Notes: generated by a model not told the origin, from the sequence alone. A DNA stretch of 64,000 nt from Candidatus Woesebacteria bacterium (GCA_018062625.1 JAGORV010000003.1:12007-76006), one strand, 5' to 3'. Counted from the first letter of the stretch, positions 48,700 through 57,967 are shown. Numbers and translations: made by a program.

Positions 48700-49785
48700 T
48701 TAATATGCATCGATAAACTGTTTAATCGTCGATTCATCGATGCGGAATGACGATCCTTTGCCTTCTACTATATGTAACGCTACTTTGCGACAAACACTAT
48801 TTAACGTTCGCTCGATACTACGAATACCTGCATCATACCCTAAAGGTCGCACAAGCTTTGCCCATATCGCTTCATCTACCGTAAGATTCTCTGCAGTGAG
48901 CCCTGACTCCCTCATAAGGGCAGGCAACACATAATCTTTCGCAATTTTGATCTTCTCAAGATCCGTATATGATGGCATTTGAATTGGTTCCAAACGATCA
49001 AGTACTGCTGTTGCGATATTTGTCGTATTGTTACTTGTGGCTACAAACAAACACTCAGATAAATCAAAAGGATAATCTAGATAGTGATCCACAAATCGAG
49101 AATTTTGCTCCGGATCGAGTAACTCAACTAAAACTCCCATGATATCTCCCCGTGCATGCTCTGCCACACGATCTATTTCGTCAAGCAAAATAACCGGATT
49201 TTTTGTACCCGCATGTCGCAATCCTTTGAGGATTATGCCTATTTCAGCATCTGGTCGAACACGTGATTGACCTCGAAGCTCGAGTGCATCACTCATACCT
49301 CCAAAAGCTATACGCACAAACTGTCTTCCCATGGCCTCTGCGATAGATTTAGCCAATGTGGTTTTTCCCGTACCAACTAACCCAACCAAACAGAGAATAG
49401 GTGCGCGTCTGGCTAATGTGGCATGTGAAGTATGCGCCTCTTCTGCAGCTTTTTCTTTGTCCCATCGGACTTGATTAAGCTTCAACACCGCCAGATACTC
49501 CATGATGCGTTCTTTGACAGGATCCAAACCGTAATGATTTTTTTGTAAAAATGCACGAGCATGAGTAAGCTCTAGCTCATCTTTCGAACGATTATTCCAT
49601 GGAAGTGCAATCACCCAATCTACATAACGGAGCATTTGCTCAATATGTACACGGGCAGAAATATCTTGTTCCAATCGCTCCATCTCTTCTAGATTTGCGC
49701 TCACACGACTTTCTAAATCAGAAGGAACTTGAGCTTCTTGGAGCTTCTTACGAAGTATTGAAATATCATCGAGCAGTTTAGACAT
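48700..49785 (-). CDS. Stand-alone Lon-type AAA+ ATPase module (no N-domain, no protease domain)
   Basis: Collinear with the E. coli Lon ATPase region (LPW...HYGL..VKERI.EYLAV, GLVGTGKTT, ILLDEID, LDPEQN..F.DHYL). Ends where the Lon protease domain would begin. Confidence 0.8.
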   Translation of the reverse strand: MSKLLDDISILRKKLQEAQVPSDLESRVSANLEEMERLEQDISARVHIEQMLRYVDWVIALPWNNRSKDELELTHARAFLQKNHYGLDPVKERIMEYLAVLKLNQVRWDKEKAAEEAHTSHATLARRAPILCLVGLVGTGKTTLAKSIAEAMGRQFVRIAFGGMSDALELRGQSRVRPDAEIGIILKGLRHAGTKNPVILLDEIDRVAEHARGDIMGVLVELLDPEQNSRFVDHYLDYPFDLSECLFVATSNNTTNIATAVLDRLEPIQMPSYTDLEKIKIAKDYVLPALMRESGLTAENLTVDEAIWAKLVRPLGYDAGIRSIERTLNSVCRKVALHIVEGKGSSFRIDESTIKQFIDAY

Positions 49786-49977
49786 AGACTATAACCATCA
49801 TATCAAATTTTCCCAAGCAAGTCTCACGATATCGCCGAGAGTGAATAAAATTTTGTTCGAATCCACTTTGCACGCGAGATTGATACCATGGAGCAATCGT
49901 ACAATTGCGCGATAGAAACAGGAGGCGAATCAAAGTTTTGTTCGCATTCTCAGGCGATAATACAAAATTATCACCGA

Positions 49978-52179
49978 TTAGAATCTTCGTGGTCCGCGTC
50001 TAAATCCACCGCCACCACCTCTTCCGCCACGGTCTCCACCGCCGCCGGATCGAGATTCAGCTGGTTTTGCTTTGGCGTCTTCACCAAAAAGCATAGACAG
50101 ATTTATACGATGTTGGTCATCTATTTCCATGACCCGCACTTTTACAAATTGTCCAAGCTTTACGATCTCATTTGGATCGCCTACAAACCCAGTAGACATC
50201 TGGGAAACGTGTACCATACCTTCTTTTCCGGGAAGTATCTCTACAAATGCCCCGAATGGCAAGATACGTTTCACTTCTCCCTCATATTCCTCTTCTGGTT
50301 TTACCTCTTTGACCAAGCCTTCTACCCAATCAACGGCTTTCTGCACGTTTTCTGGATTTATGCCTGAAATCATCACAGATCCATCATCTTCCACATCAAC
50401 TGTGGCTCCAGTGGTTGCGATAATTTGACGAATCATCTTTCCTCCCGGACCGATGACTTCTCCAATACGCTCTACCGGAATCATGACTCGCGTCACTTTC
50501 GGTGCATATTGAGAAAGCGCAGGTCTGAATGTTGGAATGACCGCGGTCATTTTCTCCAAGATCAACATACGAGCGGCCTTGGCTCTGGCAAATGTTTCTT
50601 TTACCATTTCATCGGTAAGCGCATCGACTTTGACATCGAGTTGGATAGCAGTGATACCATTTTTGGTTCCAGCTACTTTGAAATCCATATCTCCGGCAAA
50701 ATCTTCTATCCCTAAAATATCGGTAAGCAATTCATACTTACCAGTCTTATGATCTTTGTCGGTCATAAGGCCAATAGAGATACCCGCAACTGGTTCCTTG
50801 ATCGGCACTCCTGCGTCCATAAGGGCAAGGGTGGATCCACAAGTGGAAGCCATAGATGTCGAGCCATTACTCGACATAACTTCACTCACCAAACGGATGG
50901 TATATGGAAAGTCTTCCTCACTTGGTATCACAGCAAGCAATCCGCGTTCAGCTAGCGCGCCATGACCGATTTCTCGACGATTTGGTGTACCAACTCGCCC
51001 TGTTTCTCCCACAGAATATGGAGGCATGCTGTAATGATGAATATATCGCTTTGACTCTTCTCCAGCTGCGCTTTCGATTAATTGTGCCAAACTTGGTGTA
51101 CCAAGAGTCGCTATTGTAAGCACTTGGGTCTGACCACGCTTGAACATGGCACTACCATGCACTCGTGGAACCAAACCAACCGCTGCGTCGATAGATCGAA
51201 CTTCATCAAGTTTTCGACCATCAAATCGCATACCTTTGGTTAAAATATTTTCACGAACTTGTTTTTTAAACAATGCATCAAGCGCTTCTTCTACAGCTTT
51301 TACGCTATAGTCTGTGCCATATGCTTCTGCGATAACTTTGGCGAGTTCCGCAACTTCCGTGCCACCAAATTCTTTTTCTGCTTTTTTAGCAAATGCGACT
51401 TCCATTTCTTTCTTATAGTCAGCGACAATTTTATTTTTCAAATCATCTGCTTCTGTAGTTTCTGGAATAGCATCTTTTTTCTTTCCCACGGCTTTCGTCA
51501 AATCTTCGATTAAATCGATGAGTTGATTATTTACTTCTTTTGCTTTCACCACTGCTTCATTTGCTATTTCATCTGGTGTTTCGCAGAATCCCCCCTCAAG
51601 CATCAACACATGCTCACGAGTCGAGGAAACAATGAAGTCAAAATCACTATTAGACTGTTCTGTCGCTGTGGGATTGGCGATAAGTGTACCTGCTTCCCCT
51701 TCTGCGCTCTTTACGTATCCCATACGTACCCCTCCAACTGGCCCATTCCATGGCACAGATGAGATAGATAATGCAGCAGAAACCGCAACCAATCCCAACA
51801 CATCAGGATCGTTAACACCGTCTATAGCAAGAACAGTTATGATAACCTGCACATCGTGTTTATATGATTTTGGAAATAATGGTCGTATAGATCGATCAAT
51901 CACACGCCCTGCAAGTACTGCATCGTCCGTAGGTCTTCCTTCTCGTTTTACCCAACGAGAACCCTTAATGCGTCCACCAGCATATAGCCGTTCAACGTAT
52001 TCAACACTAAGTGGAAAATAATCCAACGAAGTTTCTTTAGAAGATGCGACAACTGTCGCTAACACCATGGTGTCACCATATCGAGCCAATACCGCTGCGT
52101 TTGCTTGCTCTGCAAATCGACCGACTTCAAGCTCGAGGGAACGTCCGCCAATATCTGCGGATTTTGTGATAATTTTCAT
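49978..52179 (-). CDS. pnp: Polyribonucleotide nucleotidyltransferase (PNPase) with RGG-rich C-terminal tail
   Basis: Two RNase PH domains, KH and S1 domains, then tail SRSGGGGDRGGRGGGGGFRRGPRRF. Confidence 0.96.
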   Translation of the reverse strand: MKIITKSADIGGRSLELEVGRFAEQANAAVLARYGDTMVLATVVASSKETSLDYFPLSVEYVERLYAGGRIKGSRWVKREGRPTDDAVLAGRVIDRSIRPLFPKSYKHDVQVIITVLAIDGVNDPDVLGLVAVSAALSISSVPWNGPVGGVRMGYVKSAEGEAGTLIANPTATEQSNSDFDFIVSSTREHVLMLEGGFCETPDEIANEAVVKAKEVNNQLIDLIEDLTKAVGKKKDAIPETTEADDLKNKIVADYKKEMEVAFAKKAEKEFGGTEVAELAKVIAEAYGTDYSVKAVEEALDALFKKQVRENILTKGMRFDGRKLDEVRSIDAAVGLVPRVHGSAMFKRGQTQVLTIATLGTPSLAQLIESAAGEESKRYIHHYSMPPYSVGETGRVGTPNRREIGHGALAERGLLAVIPSEEDFPYTIRLVSEVMSSNGSTSMASTCGSTLALMDAGVPIKEPVAGISIGLMTDKDHKTGKYELLTDILGIEDFAGDMDFKVAGTKNGITAIQLDVKVDALTDEMVKETFARAKAARMLILEKMTAVIPTFRPALSQYAPKVTRVMIPVERIGEVIGPGGKMIRQIIATTGATVDVEDDGSVMISGINPENVQKAVDWVEGLVKEVKPEEEYEGEVKRILPFGAFVEILPGKEGMVHVSQMSTGFVGDPNEIVKLGQFVKVRVMEIDDQHRINLSMLFGEDAKAKPAESRSGGGGDRGGRGGGGGFRRGPRRF

Positions 52180-52317
52180 ACTATTTCAGCATCAGGGGTA
52201 CGCCAAGTATAAAGAAGCTAGAGGTTGAAGAAAGAATATGGGAAGCGTGGTTTTATCTGCCTTCTATACTTTTTCCTCGACCACTATGGTTCTCTATGAG
52301 GCTGCACTCGTGTGCTG

Positions 52318-52725
52318 TTATGTTAAACCTAACTTTACTTTTATAGCTTTTACTCGTTTGCTATCTTTTTTATCTAAATAATTCAAAAGTCTTCGGCGCT
52401 TACTTACCAATCCCAAAAGACCACGTCGTGAATGATTATCGTGTGGATTAGTACGCAAATGTCCAACAAGTTTTTCAATTCTTCGTGTCAAAAGCGCGAT
52501 TTGCACTTCAGGACTCCCTGTGTCTCCATCATTTACTGCGTATTGCGTAATAATTTCTTGTTTCTCTGGGGAAGGTGTTGCGGAAACTTCTTCTTTTTTC
52601 GCTTTTTTTTCTACCTTCGCTGCTTTTTTCAGAAGTTCGGTAACTTTTGGCGTTGCGTCATCGGTAGTCTTTTTTTCTTTTTTTACTACCTTTTTTACTG
52701 CTGCTTTTTTTGTAACTTTAGCCAT
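52318..52725 (-). CDS. rpsO: 30S ribosomal protein S15 with ~50-aa Lys-rich N-terminal extension
   Basis: [16 protein letters not shown]......DHHSRRGLL core. ATG 52725 or GTG 52749; the latter has GGGAG 8 nt upstream. Confidence 0.9.
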   Translation of the reverse strand: MAKVTKKAAVKKVVKKEKKTTDDATPKVTELLKKAAKVEKKAKKEEVSATPSPEKQEIITQYAVNDGDTGSPEVQIALLTRRIEKLVGHLRTNPHDNHSRRGLLGLVSKRRRLLNYLDKKDSKRVKAIKVKLGLT

Positions 52726-52771
52726 AGAATTATATAAAAAGGAGCACACATTTTTGGCTCCCGATTGCGAT

Positions 52772-52800
52772 ATTATACTATATCCTGCCTGATTTTACAA
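52772..52800 (-). promoter_or_regulatory. Candidate rpsO promoter
   Basis: Reverse strand: TTGTAA (52800-52795), 17-nt spacer, TATAAT (52777-52772). Confidence 0.55.
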
Positions 52801-52879
52801 GGTAGAAACCTAAAGCCAGAAGCATACTTTTCAAAATTTTAGGCACAAAGCGCTTCTATGATGATCAGTAGTTGTCTGA

Positions 52880-54178
52880 CTACTTCGCATCTTGCGTGTC
52901 AGACTGAGCAGATCCTGCTCGATATTGAAGATTGCGGACTATAACATTTATGTCTTCATCAACCGCAGCGAAACTTGGATCTTTTTCGTCAACAGACCAG
53001 ACCCTTATATATAAAAGTTTACTTTTATCTTTGGTTACACCAATATTTGCCACATCACGAAATTCTGTGCCATTCTCATTTTTCCCTTGAAGCGTAATAG
53101 GCATAAGCTCTACTTCACCCCAAAGAGCTTTTTTCTCCCCTACTTCCACTTTATAATTTTTATTTGCTAGAGCAAGAGATATAAACTCGTCCAAAGTATA
53201 TGACTTGGTGTTATCTGCGCAATAAATATTTAACCCTGGGAACGCAGAGCTAAAGCTATTGCCCCCGAGTCGCGCGGTCGCATCTTTATACCCTATAAAG
53301 ACTCCTTGCACTTTGTCAGTAGTATAGACGTCTTTATCCAAGACATAAAAACTCTTTGCGGCCAATGGAACCTCTTCAAAAAGCCATTTTCTGCTTTTTG
53401 CGTCTTGTATGTCAGTTGTTTTTGGAACAGGGAGCGTCAATCCACAACTCGTTGGTGCATATGAGAGAATCTTGTTTTTATCCTTCTCTTGATTTGACTT
53501 TAAATGATCTTGGATAACCGATTCGCTCACGTTACCTTTTGCGCGCTCGTTGAGTGCCAACCGGATACCTTTATACATAGTTGCGCCCATATAACCAAAA
53601 AATATCAAATGTGCCAACAGCGCCAAAAAAATACCAAGCCCAAGCTTTCCACTACCACTCTTTATCACGATGGTGCCTGCTATTTTATCGTGGAGTGCCT
53701 GTTTTTTCTTATCCCAAATCACCCAAAGAAATCCGAGTCCAAAAAAGAAAATGGTCGCCGAGGAAAGCAAAAAGCCAATATATCGTATAAACGCAACTGG
53801 ATAGGTAATCTTTTCACCATTCTCACGAATAATTTTTATCCCCAACAATTTTTTGCCGGGTGTTGCTCCGTCATAGTGCACCCAAAATACAAAAAAGTAT
53901 GCGATACCAACCGCCATACTTGCTAACACACTAACAAGCTGATTAGGTGACGATTGTATTTTCTGCGCCTCACTAAGCGTCTGCACGCTAAAAATTGCAA
54001 AAGGATTATTTCCCAATAAGCTTTGGATAATGAATCCTAACGGAAACAATAGAAGAAAATCTACCCAATATGCAAGAAATCGAAGCCAAAATCCAGCGTA
54101 TTGGACAGCTGGCACAACAGGATCGGGTTGCGGATGTTCTGTATCCATAGAAAAATTAGATCTACGCAATTTAATCAT
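52880..54178 (-). CDS. RDD-family membrane protein with ~200-aa C-terminal extracytoplasmic domain
   Basis: YAGFWLRFLAYWVDFLLL and ALHDKIAGT motifs of the RDD domain. Confidence 0.7.
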   Translation of the reverse strand: MIKLRRSNFSMDTEHPQPDPVVPAVQYAGFWLRFLAYWVDFLLLFPLGFIIQSLLGNNPFAIFSVQTLSEAQKIQSSPNQLVSVLASMAVGIAYFFVFWVHYDGATPGKKLLGIKIIRENGEKITYPVAFIRYIGFLLSSATIFFFGLGFLWVIWDKKKQALHDKIAGTIVIKSGSGKLGLGIFLALLAHLIFFGYMGATMYKGIRLALNERAKGNVSESVIQDHLKSNQEKDKNKILSYAPTSCGLTLPVPKTTDIQDAKSRKWLFEEVPLAAKSFYVLDKDVYTTDKVQGVFIGYKDATARLGGNSFSSAFPGLNIYCADNTKSYTLDEFISLALANKNYKVEVGEKKALWGEVELMPITLQGKNENGTEFRDVANIGVTKDKSKLLYIRVWSVDEKDPSFAAVDEDINVIVRNLQYRAGSAQSDTQDAK

Positions 54179-54206
54179 ACTTACGCGCTATAAACAATAT
54201 GATGGA

Positions 54207-55163
54207 TTACACAAGTGAAGAGCTTTTGAAGATTTTTGGCTTCAGCCATTCGGCTGGCGGTGGAGTCGCTGGGTTTCCCTGTGGCTTTTCCACAGAGTGA
54301 TTATTATCAAGAGTTGGCACATGTGGCGCTTGTGGTACTTGAGGCGCAATCGTCGTCATAGGAACTGCTGACTCTTTGACAGGTACATCTGCGATTTGTG
54401 TCGCTGTAGCAGTCACCGGCCGTGGTGCCACGCCAAATCTCGTCGCTCCAGCCTTCACACAGACAGAGGCAACTTCAAATGCCATAGATGTCACGTTTTC
54501 ATTTCGGAAATTATCGGTCGCTGCATAAATAGAATTCAAAAGATTCGTTGCTATATCGGTCGTAAGCTTTACCCCTAATGTAGCCAAAAACTCTGCAACC
54601 AATTCCGCGGTAGAAGAAGCTCCTGGATCGACTAAATTGATATTTCCATAATTTGCATTATCTTTGTGAAAATCAATATTGATGATGGACTTTCCGGCAA
54701 ATAACTCTTTGTTTGATTCATATATATGCCCCATCGCAGCAAAATTGAGCGTATCTACTGCTATAACTAGATCTGCTCCAACTCCTTGATAGCTATACTG
54801 CACTTTATCTGCAACAAATGGTTCATACCCCGGTCTATGCTCTACTACAAGATTAAACTTCTTACCTTCTATGTTGTAGCTAACTTTCTCTATAGAGCCA
54901 TCTTCATAGTCAAGCGATATGACAAAGTTTTTCTTTCCAAATTCTTTAGATACTTTATCCACACCGACAAAACTGGATAATCCAACGGTTATGGGATCTG
55001 GGCAAATTACTGAAGCTTTTTTTCCGAGGGATATAAGCCCTAAACACAATGCCAAACTTCCACCCAAACTATCCATCGTGGGATTTCCATGTGTGACAAT
55101 CACGACCTCTTTCGCGTTGCCCACCATTTCTTTGGCTTTTGTAAGTGCTTGTTCGTAGTCCAT
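54207..55163 (-). CDS. DHH-family phosphoesterase (NrnA-like)
   Basis: VTHGNPTMDSLGG (DHH motif I/II region); position downstream of infB as in many nusA-infB operons. Confidence 0.75.
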   Translation of the reverse strand: MDYEQALTKAKEMVGNAKEVVIVTHGNPTMDSLGGSLALCLGLISLGKKASVICPDPITVGLSSFVGVDKVSKEFGKKNFVISLDYEDGSIEKVSYNIEGKKFNLVVEHRPGYEPFVADKVQYSYQGVGADLVIAVDTLNFAAMGHIYESNKELFAGKSIINIDFHKDNANYGNINLVDPGASSTAELVAEFLATLGVKLTTDIATNLLNSIYAATDNFRNENVTSMAFEVASVCVKAGATRFGVAPRPVTATATQIADVPVKESAVPMTTIAPQVPQAPHVPTLDNNHSVEKPQGNPATPPPAEWLKPKIFKSSSLV

Positions 55164-55166
55164 ATA

Positions 55167-56693
55167 CTATCCTGTAGTATACGCTATTATAACATCTTGG
55201 AGCGTAAAATCAACCTTTTTGTCAAAAAGGACTCCGCACTCTGCTCCCATTTCTATCTTGGTAATATCTTCTTTACCTTTTTTTAGAGATTTTATGCGTA
55301 CTCGAGCAATTTCGACGTCTTCACGCATAATGCGAACAGAATCGCCTTTGGCAAGCCGTCCGGAAATCACTTTTGTGCCTGCAATCCGGTCTTTGCTAAA
55401 CGGGAACTCGGCGATAATGTTTCCACGCCCAAGCTCTCTCTCGTGAGTTAGTAACTCTGCCATACCCTCTACCACATCATTCATCTCATCAAGAAGTTCA
55501 TATATGATGGTGTAGGTTCTATATACCACTTTCTCGACCCGTGCCAACCGCTCAATAGAGTTTCCAGCTTTGACATTAAATCCAATGACGATCGCCCCCA
55601 TAGCTTGCGCCTCTAAAATATCCGCTTCAAGAATCTCACCAAGCCCTGTACGAACGACGTCTATTTGATCTTTGGGAAGTGCTTCTTTGACCGCCTCAAG
55701 CGAACCTGAGGTATCTGCTTTTAGAATAATTTTCAACTTCTTTTTTGCCGCTTCATCCATCATGGCCATAAAGTCGATAGCGTTTGTCGCGACAGCCTGA
55801 GTCTCAACCTGTTTTATCTCGTGTATTTGAGGCGTATGACTTACCACCTCTCCAACGACAGGAAGTTTTGAAAATCCAGTCACAACGACCGGTTGACTAG
55901 GAGTTGCAGTTTTTACCTGTTCACCGCGCTCATTTACCATAGATCGTACTTTTCCAAGCGCAACTTGACCTTCATATAAGACAGTACCTACTGAAAGCGT
56001 GCCATTTTTCACTAATATTGTTGCGGTAGTTCCTTGGAATTTATCTATTTTAGCCTCAATCACAACTCCTTCAAACGATGCGTCAGGGCTTGCTTGGAGA
56101 GATTTCATCTCAGCAAGTAATAAGATTAAATCAAGAAGTTCTGGAACCCCAGTCCCAACTTTTGCCGAAACCAAACTCACAGGTACGTCACCACCAAATC
56201 CCTCAACTTGTACACCTACTTTTGCTAAGTCCGACTTCACTTTATCAACGATCGCACCTTCTACATCAATTTTATTTATCGCAACGATCATTTGCACTCC
56301 AGCAGCTTTGATCTGTTCTATGGATTCTAGTGTTTGTGGCTTTACGCTATCATCTGCTGCAACGACTAGAATAGCGATGTCTGCTACAGCTGCTCCTCGA
56401 GAACGAATCTTAGCAAATGCTTCGTGACCCGGAGTGTCTATAAAAGTAATTCTTTTTGTAGGATCTCCTTTTTTCACGACGTCTATTTGGTATGCACCAA
56501 TATGTTGGGTGATACCTCCATGCTCACCTTTGGCAACCTGTGCTTTACGGATAGTATCTAGAAGTGTGGTTTTCCCGTGATCTACATGTCCCAACACTGC
56601 AACGACAGGGGGTCTAACGGTCAATGAAGGTGACTTTATCGGCAACACTGCTTGTGCTTTGTCTTTGGAATCCATAGATAAAAGGTCGTGCAA
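55167..56693 (-). CDS. infB: Translation initiation factor IF-2 (short, 508 aa)
   Basis: [20 protein letters not shown] and NKID motifs; lacks the long N-terminal region. Confidence 0.95.
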   Translation of the reverse strand: MHDLLSMDSKDKAQAVLPIKSPSLTVRPPVVAVLGHVDHGKTTLLDTIRKAQVAKGEHGGITQHIGAYQIDVVKKGDPTKRITFIDTPGHEAFAKIRSRGAAVADIAILVVAADDSVKPQTLESIEQIKAAGVQMIVAINKIDVEGAIVDKVKSDLAKVGVQVEGFGGDVPVSLVSAKVGTGVPELLDLILLLAEMKSLQASPDASFEGVVIEAKIDKFQGTTATILVKNGTLSVGTVLYEGQVALGKVRSMVNERGEQVKTATPSQPVVVTGFSKLPVVGEVVSHTPQIHEIKQVETQAVATNAIDFMAMMDEAAKKKLKIILKADTSGSLEAVKEALPKDQIDVVRTGLGEILEADILEAQAMGAIVIGFNVKAGNSIERLARVEKVVYRTYTIIYELLDEMNDVVEGMAELLTHERELGRGNIIAEFPFSKDRIAGTKVISGRLAKGDSVRIMREDVEIARVRIKSLKKGKEDITKIEMGAECGVLFDKKVDFTLQDVIIAYTTG

Positions 56694-56707
56694 ACCTGCA
56701 TTTCATA

Positions 56708-57871
56708 TTATGCGCTTGGTTTGTCGTCTGTGCTTTGTGTTTCTGCTGGCGCTTCTTCTACAACTGGAGTTTCATCTATTTTTGGTGTTTCTTGTGCTGG
56801 AACAGCCTCGACGACCTCTTCTTTTGAGGCTTCAGCTGACACTTCTTCTACAGCGACAGGTGCTTCTTCGGTTTTTGGTGCTTCTTCTTTTGCAACTTCG
56901 GCTACTTCGGGCTGACCAACGACTGGTTTTCCTTTAATATCGATCTTCCAGCCAGTAAGTTTAGCCGCGAGTCTGACATTTCCACCATCACGACCAATAG
57001 CGAGAGATAGCTGATCTTCTGGCACGGTAACTTCTGCTGCTTGTTTGGTGGTATCCAACACAACATCAATATCTTTGGCTGGAGCAAGCGCTGCTACGAT
57101 AAACTGCTTCATATCCTCACTCCACTGAATGATATCGACTTTTTCATTGCCACCAAGCTCACTTATGACCGCTTGAACGCGTACGCCTTTTTGACCAACG
57201 CAACTTCCAACAGGATCCACTCCTGGAGTACTAGAAAATACAGCGACTTTTGTGCGATTTCCCGCCTCACGTGCTACTACACGGAGTTCGACTGAACTTT
57301 GAGCAACTTCTGGTACCTCACGAGCAAATAACCCTTCGACTAAGCCTTTGTGAGCACGAGACACAATGATCTCGTTGCCACGCATGGTCTCACGAATTCC
57401 CTCGATATAAAAGGTTAGACGCTGATTAAGATGGTATCGTTCTGCTGGATTTTGCTCCTGTGGAGGCATGACAGATTGCGTGCGACCAATATCGACAACG
57501 ATATTAGGACCGTCAAATCGCAAAATCATACCACCGACGATATTACCAATTTTACCTTGATAATCCGCCAAAACTGCTGATTTTTCTGCCTCACGAATGC
57601 GTTGTAAGATAACCTGTTTTGCAGTTTGAGCTGCAATACGACCAAATCCGGGAGGAGTTACGTCTACCCCATCTTTGATCACACGAGCTTCACCGGTATC
57701 TGGGTTCAAATCAACCGTAAGAGTTGGAATCTCATCTGCACCGTTATCTTTGCGGTATGCCGCCAAAATAGCTGCCTGAATGGTCTCCAAAACTGCGACA
57801 GGATCAATTCCTCGCTCGGTGGCGACTTGGTTTAATGCTAATGAAAATTCACTTCTGACTGTTGCTGGCAT
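56708..57871 (-). CDS. nusA: Transcription termination/antitermination factor NusA with acidic C-terminal tail
   Basis: N-terminal domain, S1 and two KH domains. ATG 57871 (MPATVRSEF) is preceded by GGGGA. Confidence 0.93.
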   Translation of the reverse strand: MPATVRSEFSLALNQVATERGIDPVAVLETIQAAILAAYRKDNGADEIPTLTVDLNPDTGEARVIKDGVDVTPPGFGRIAAQTAKQVILQRIREAEKSAVLADYQGKIGNIVGGMILRFDGPNIVVDIGRTQSVMPPQEQNPAERYHLNQRLTFYIEGIRETMRGNEIIVSRAHKGLVEGLFAREVPEVAQSSVELRVVAREAGNRTKVAVFSSTPGVDPVGSCVGQKGVRVQAVISELGGNEKVDIIQWSEDMKQFIVAALAPAKDIDVVLDTTKQAAEVTVPEDQLSLAIGRDGGNVRLAAKLTGWKIDIKGKPVVGQPEVAEVAKEEAPKTEEAPVAVEEVSAEASKEEVVEAVPAQETPKIDETPVVEEAPAETQSTDDKPSA

Positions 57872-57893
57872 AGTTTTTTCCCCTGTAATTAGT

Positions 57894-57915
57894 AAAAAAG
57901 GCGGGTCACCCCACC
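57894..57915 (-). terminator. Intrinsic-terminator-like hairpin plus U6 in the nusA leader, downstream of dnaJ
   Basis: Reverse strand: GGTGGG-GTGA-CCCGCC then TTTTTT. The G-U wobble works only in the reverse-strand RNA; the forward strand would have a C-A mismatch. Confidence 0.6.
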
Positions 57916-57937
57916 TCAAGCTCTCTAAATCTTCTTT

Positions 57938-57967
57938 ATTATATAGTAAATTATAGCTTCACGTCAA
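57938..57967 (-). promoter_or_regulatory. Candidate nusA promoter
   Basis: Reverse strand: TTGACG (57967-57962), 18-nt spacer, TATAAT (57943-57938). Confidence 0.5.

Noticed and set aside
48103-48750. 215-aa forward-strand ORF antisense to rnj. Similar long antisense ORFs occur at 31367-32041 (mltG2), 38606-39040 (PKD gene), 62440-62859 (cohesin gene) and 1382-1786 (rpsC/rplV).
   Set aside because: All are mirror frames of well-supported genes, lack motifs and start signals, and show skewed composition.
49851-49866. GTTCGAATCC, which resembles a tRNA T-loop
   Set aside because: The flanking bases cannot form a T-stem on either strand (TTTTG vs CCACT), and no acceptor or anticodon arms can be built. 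No tRNA is called anywhere in the window.
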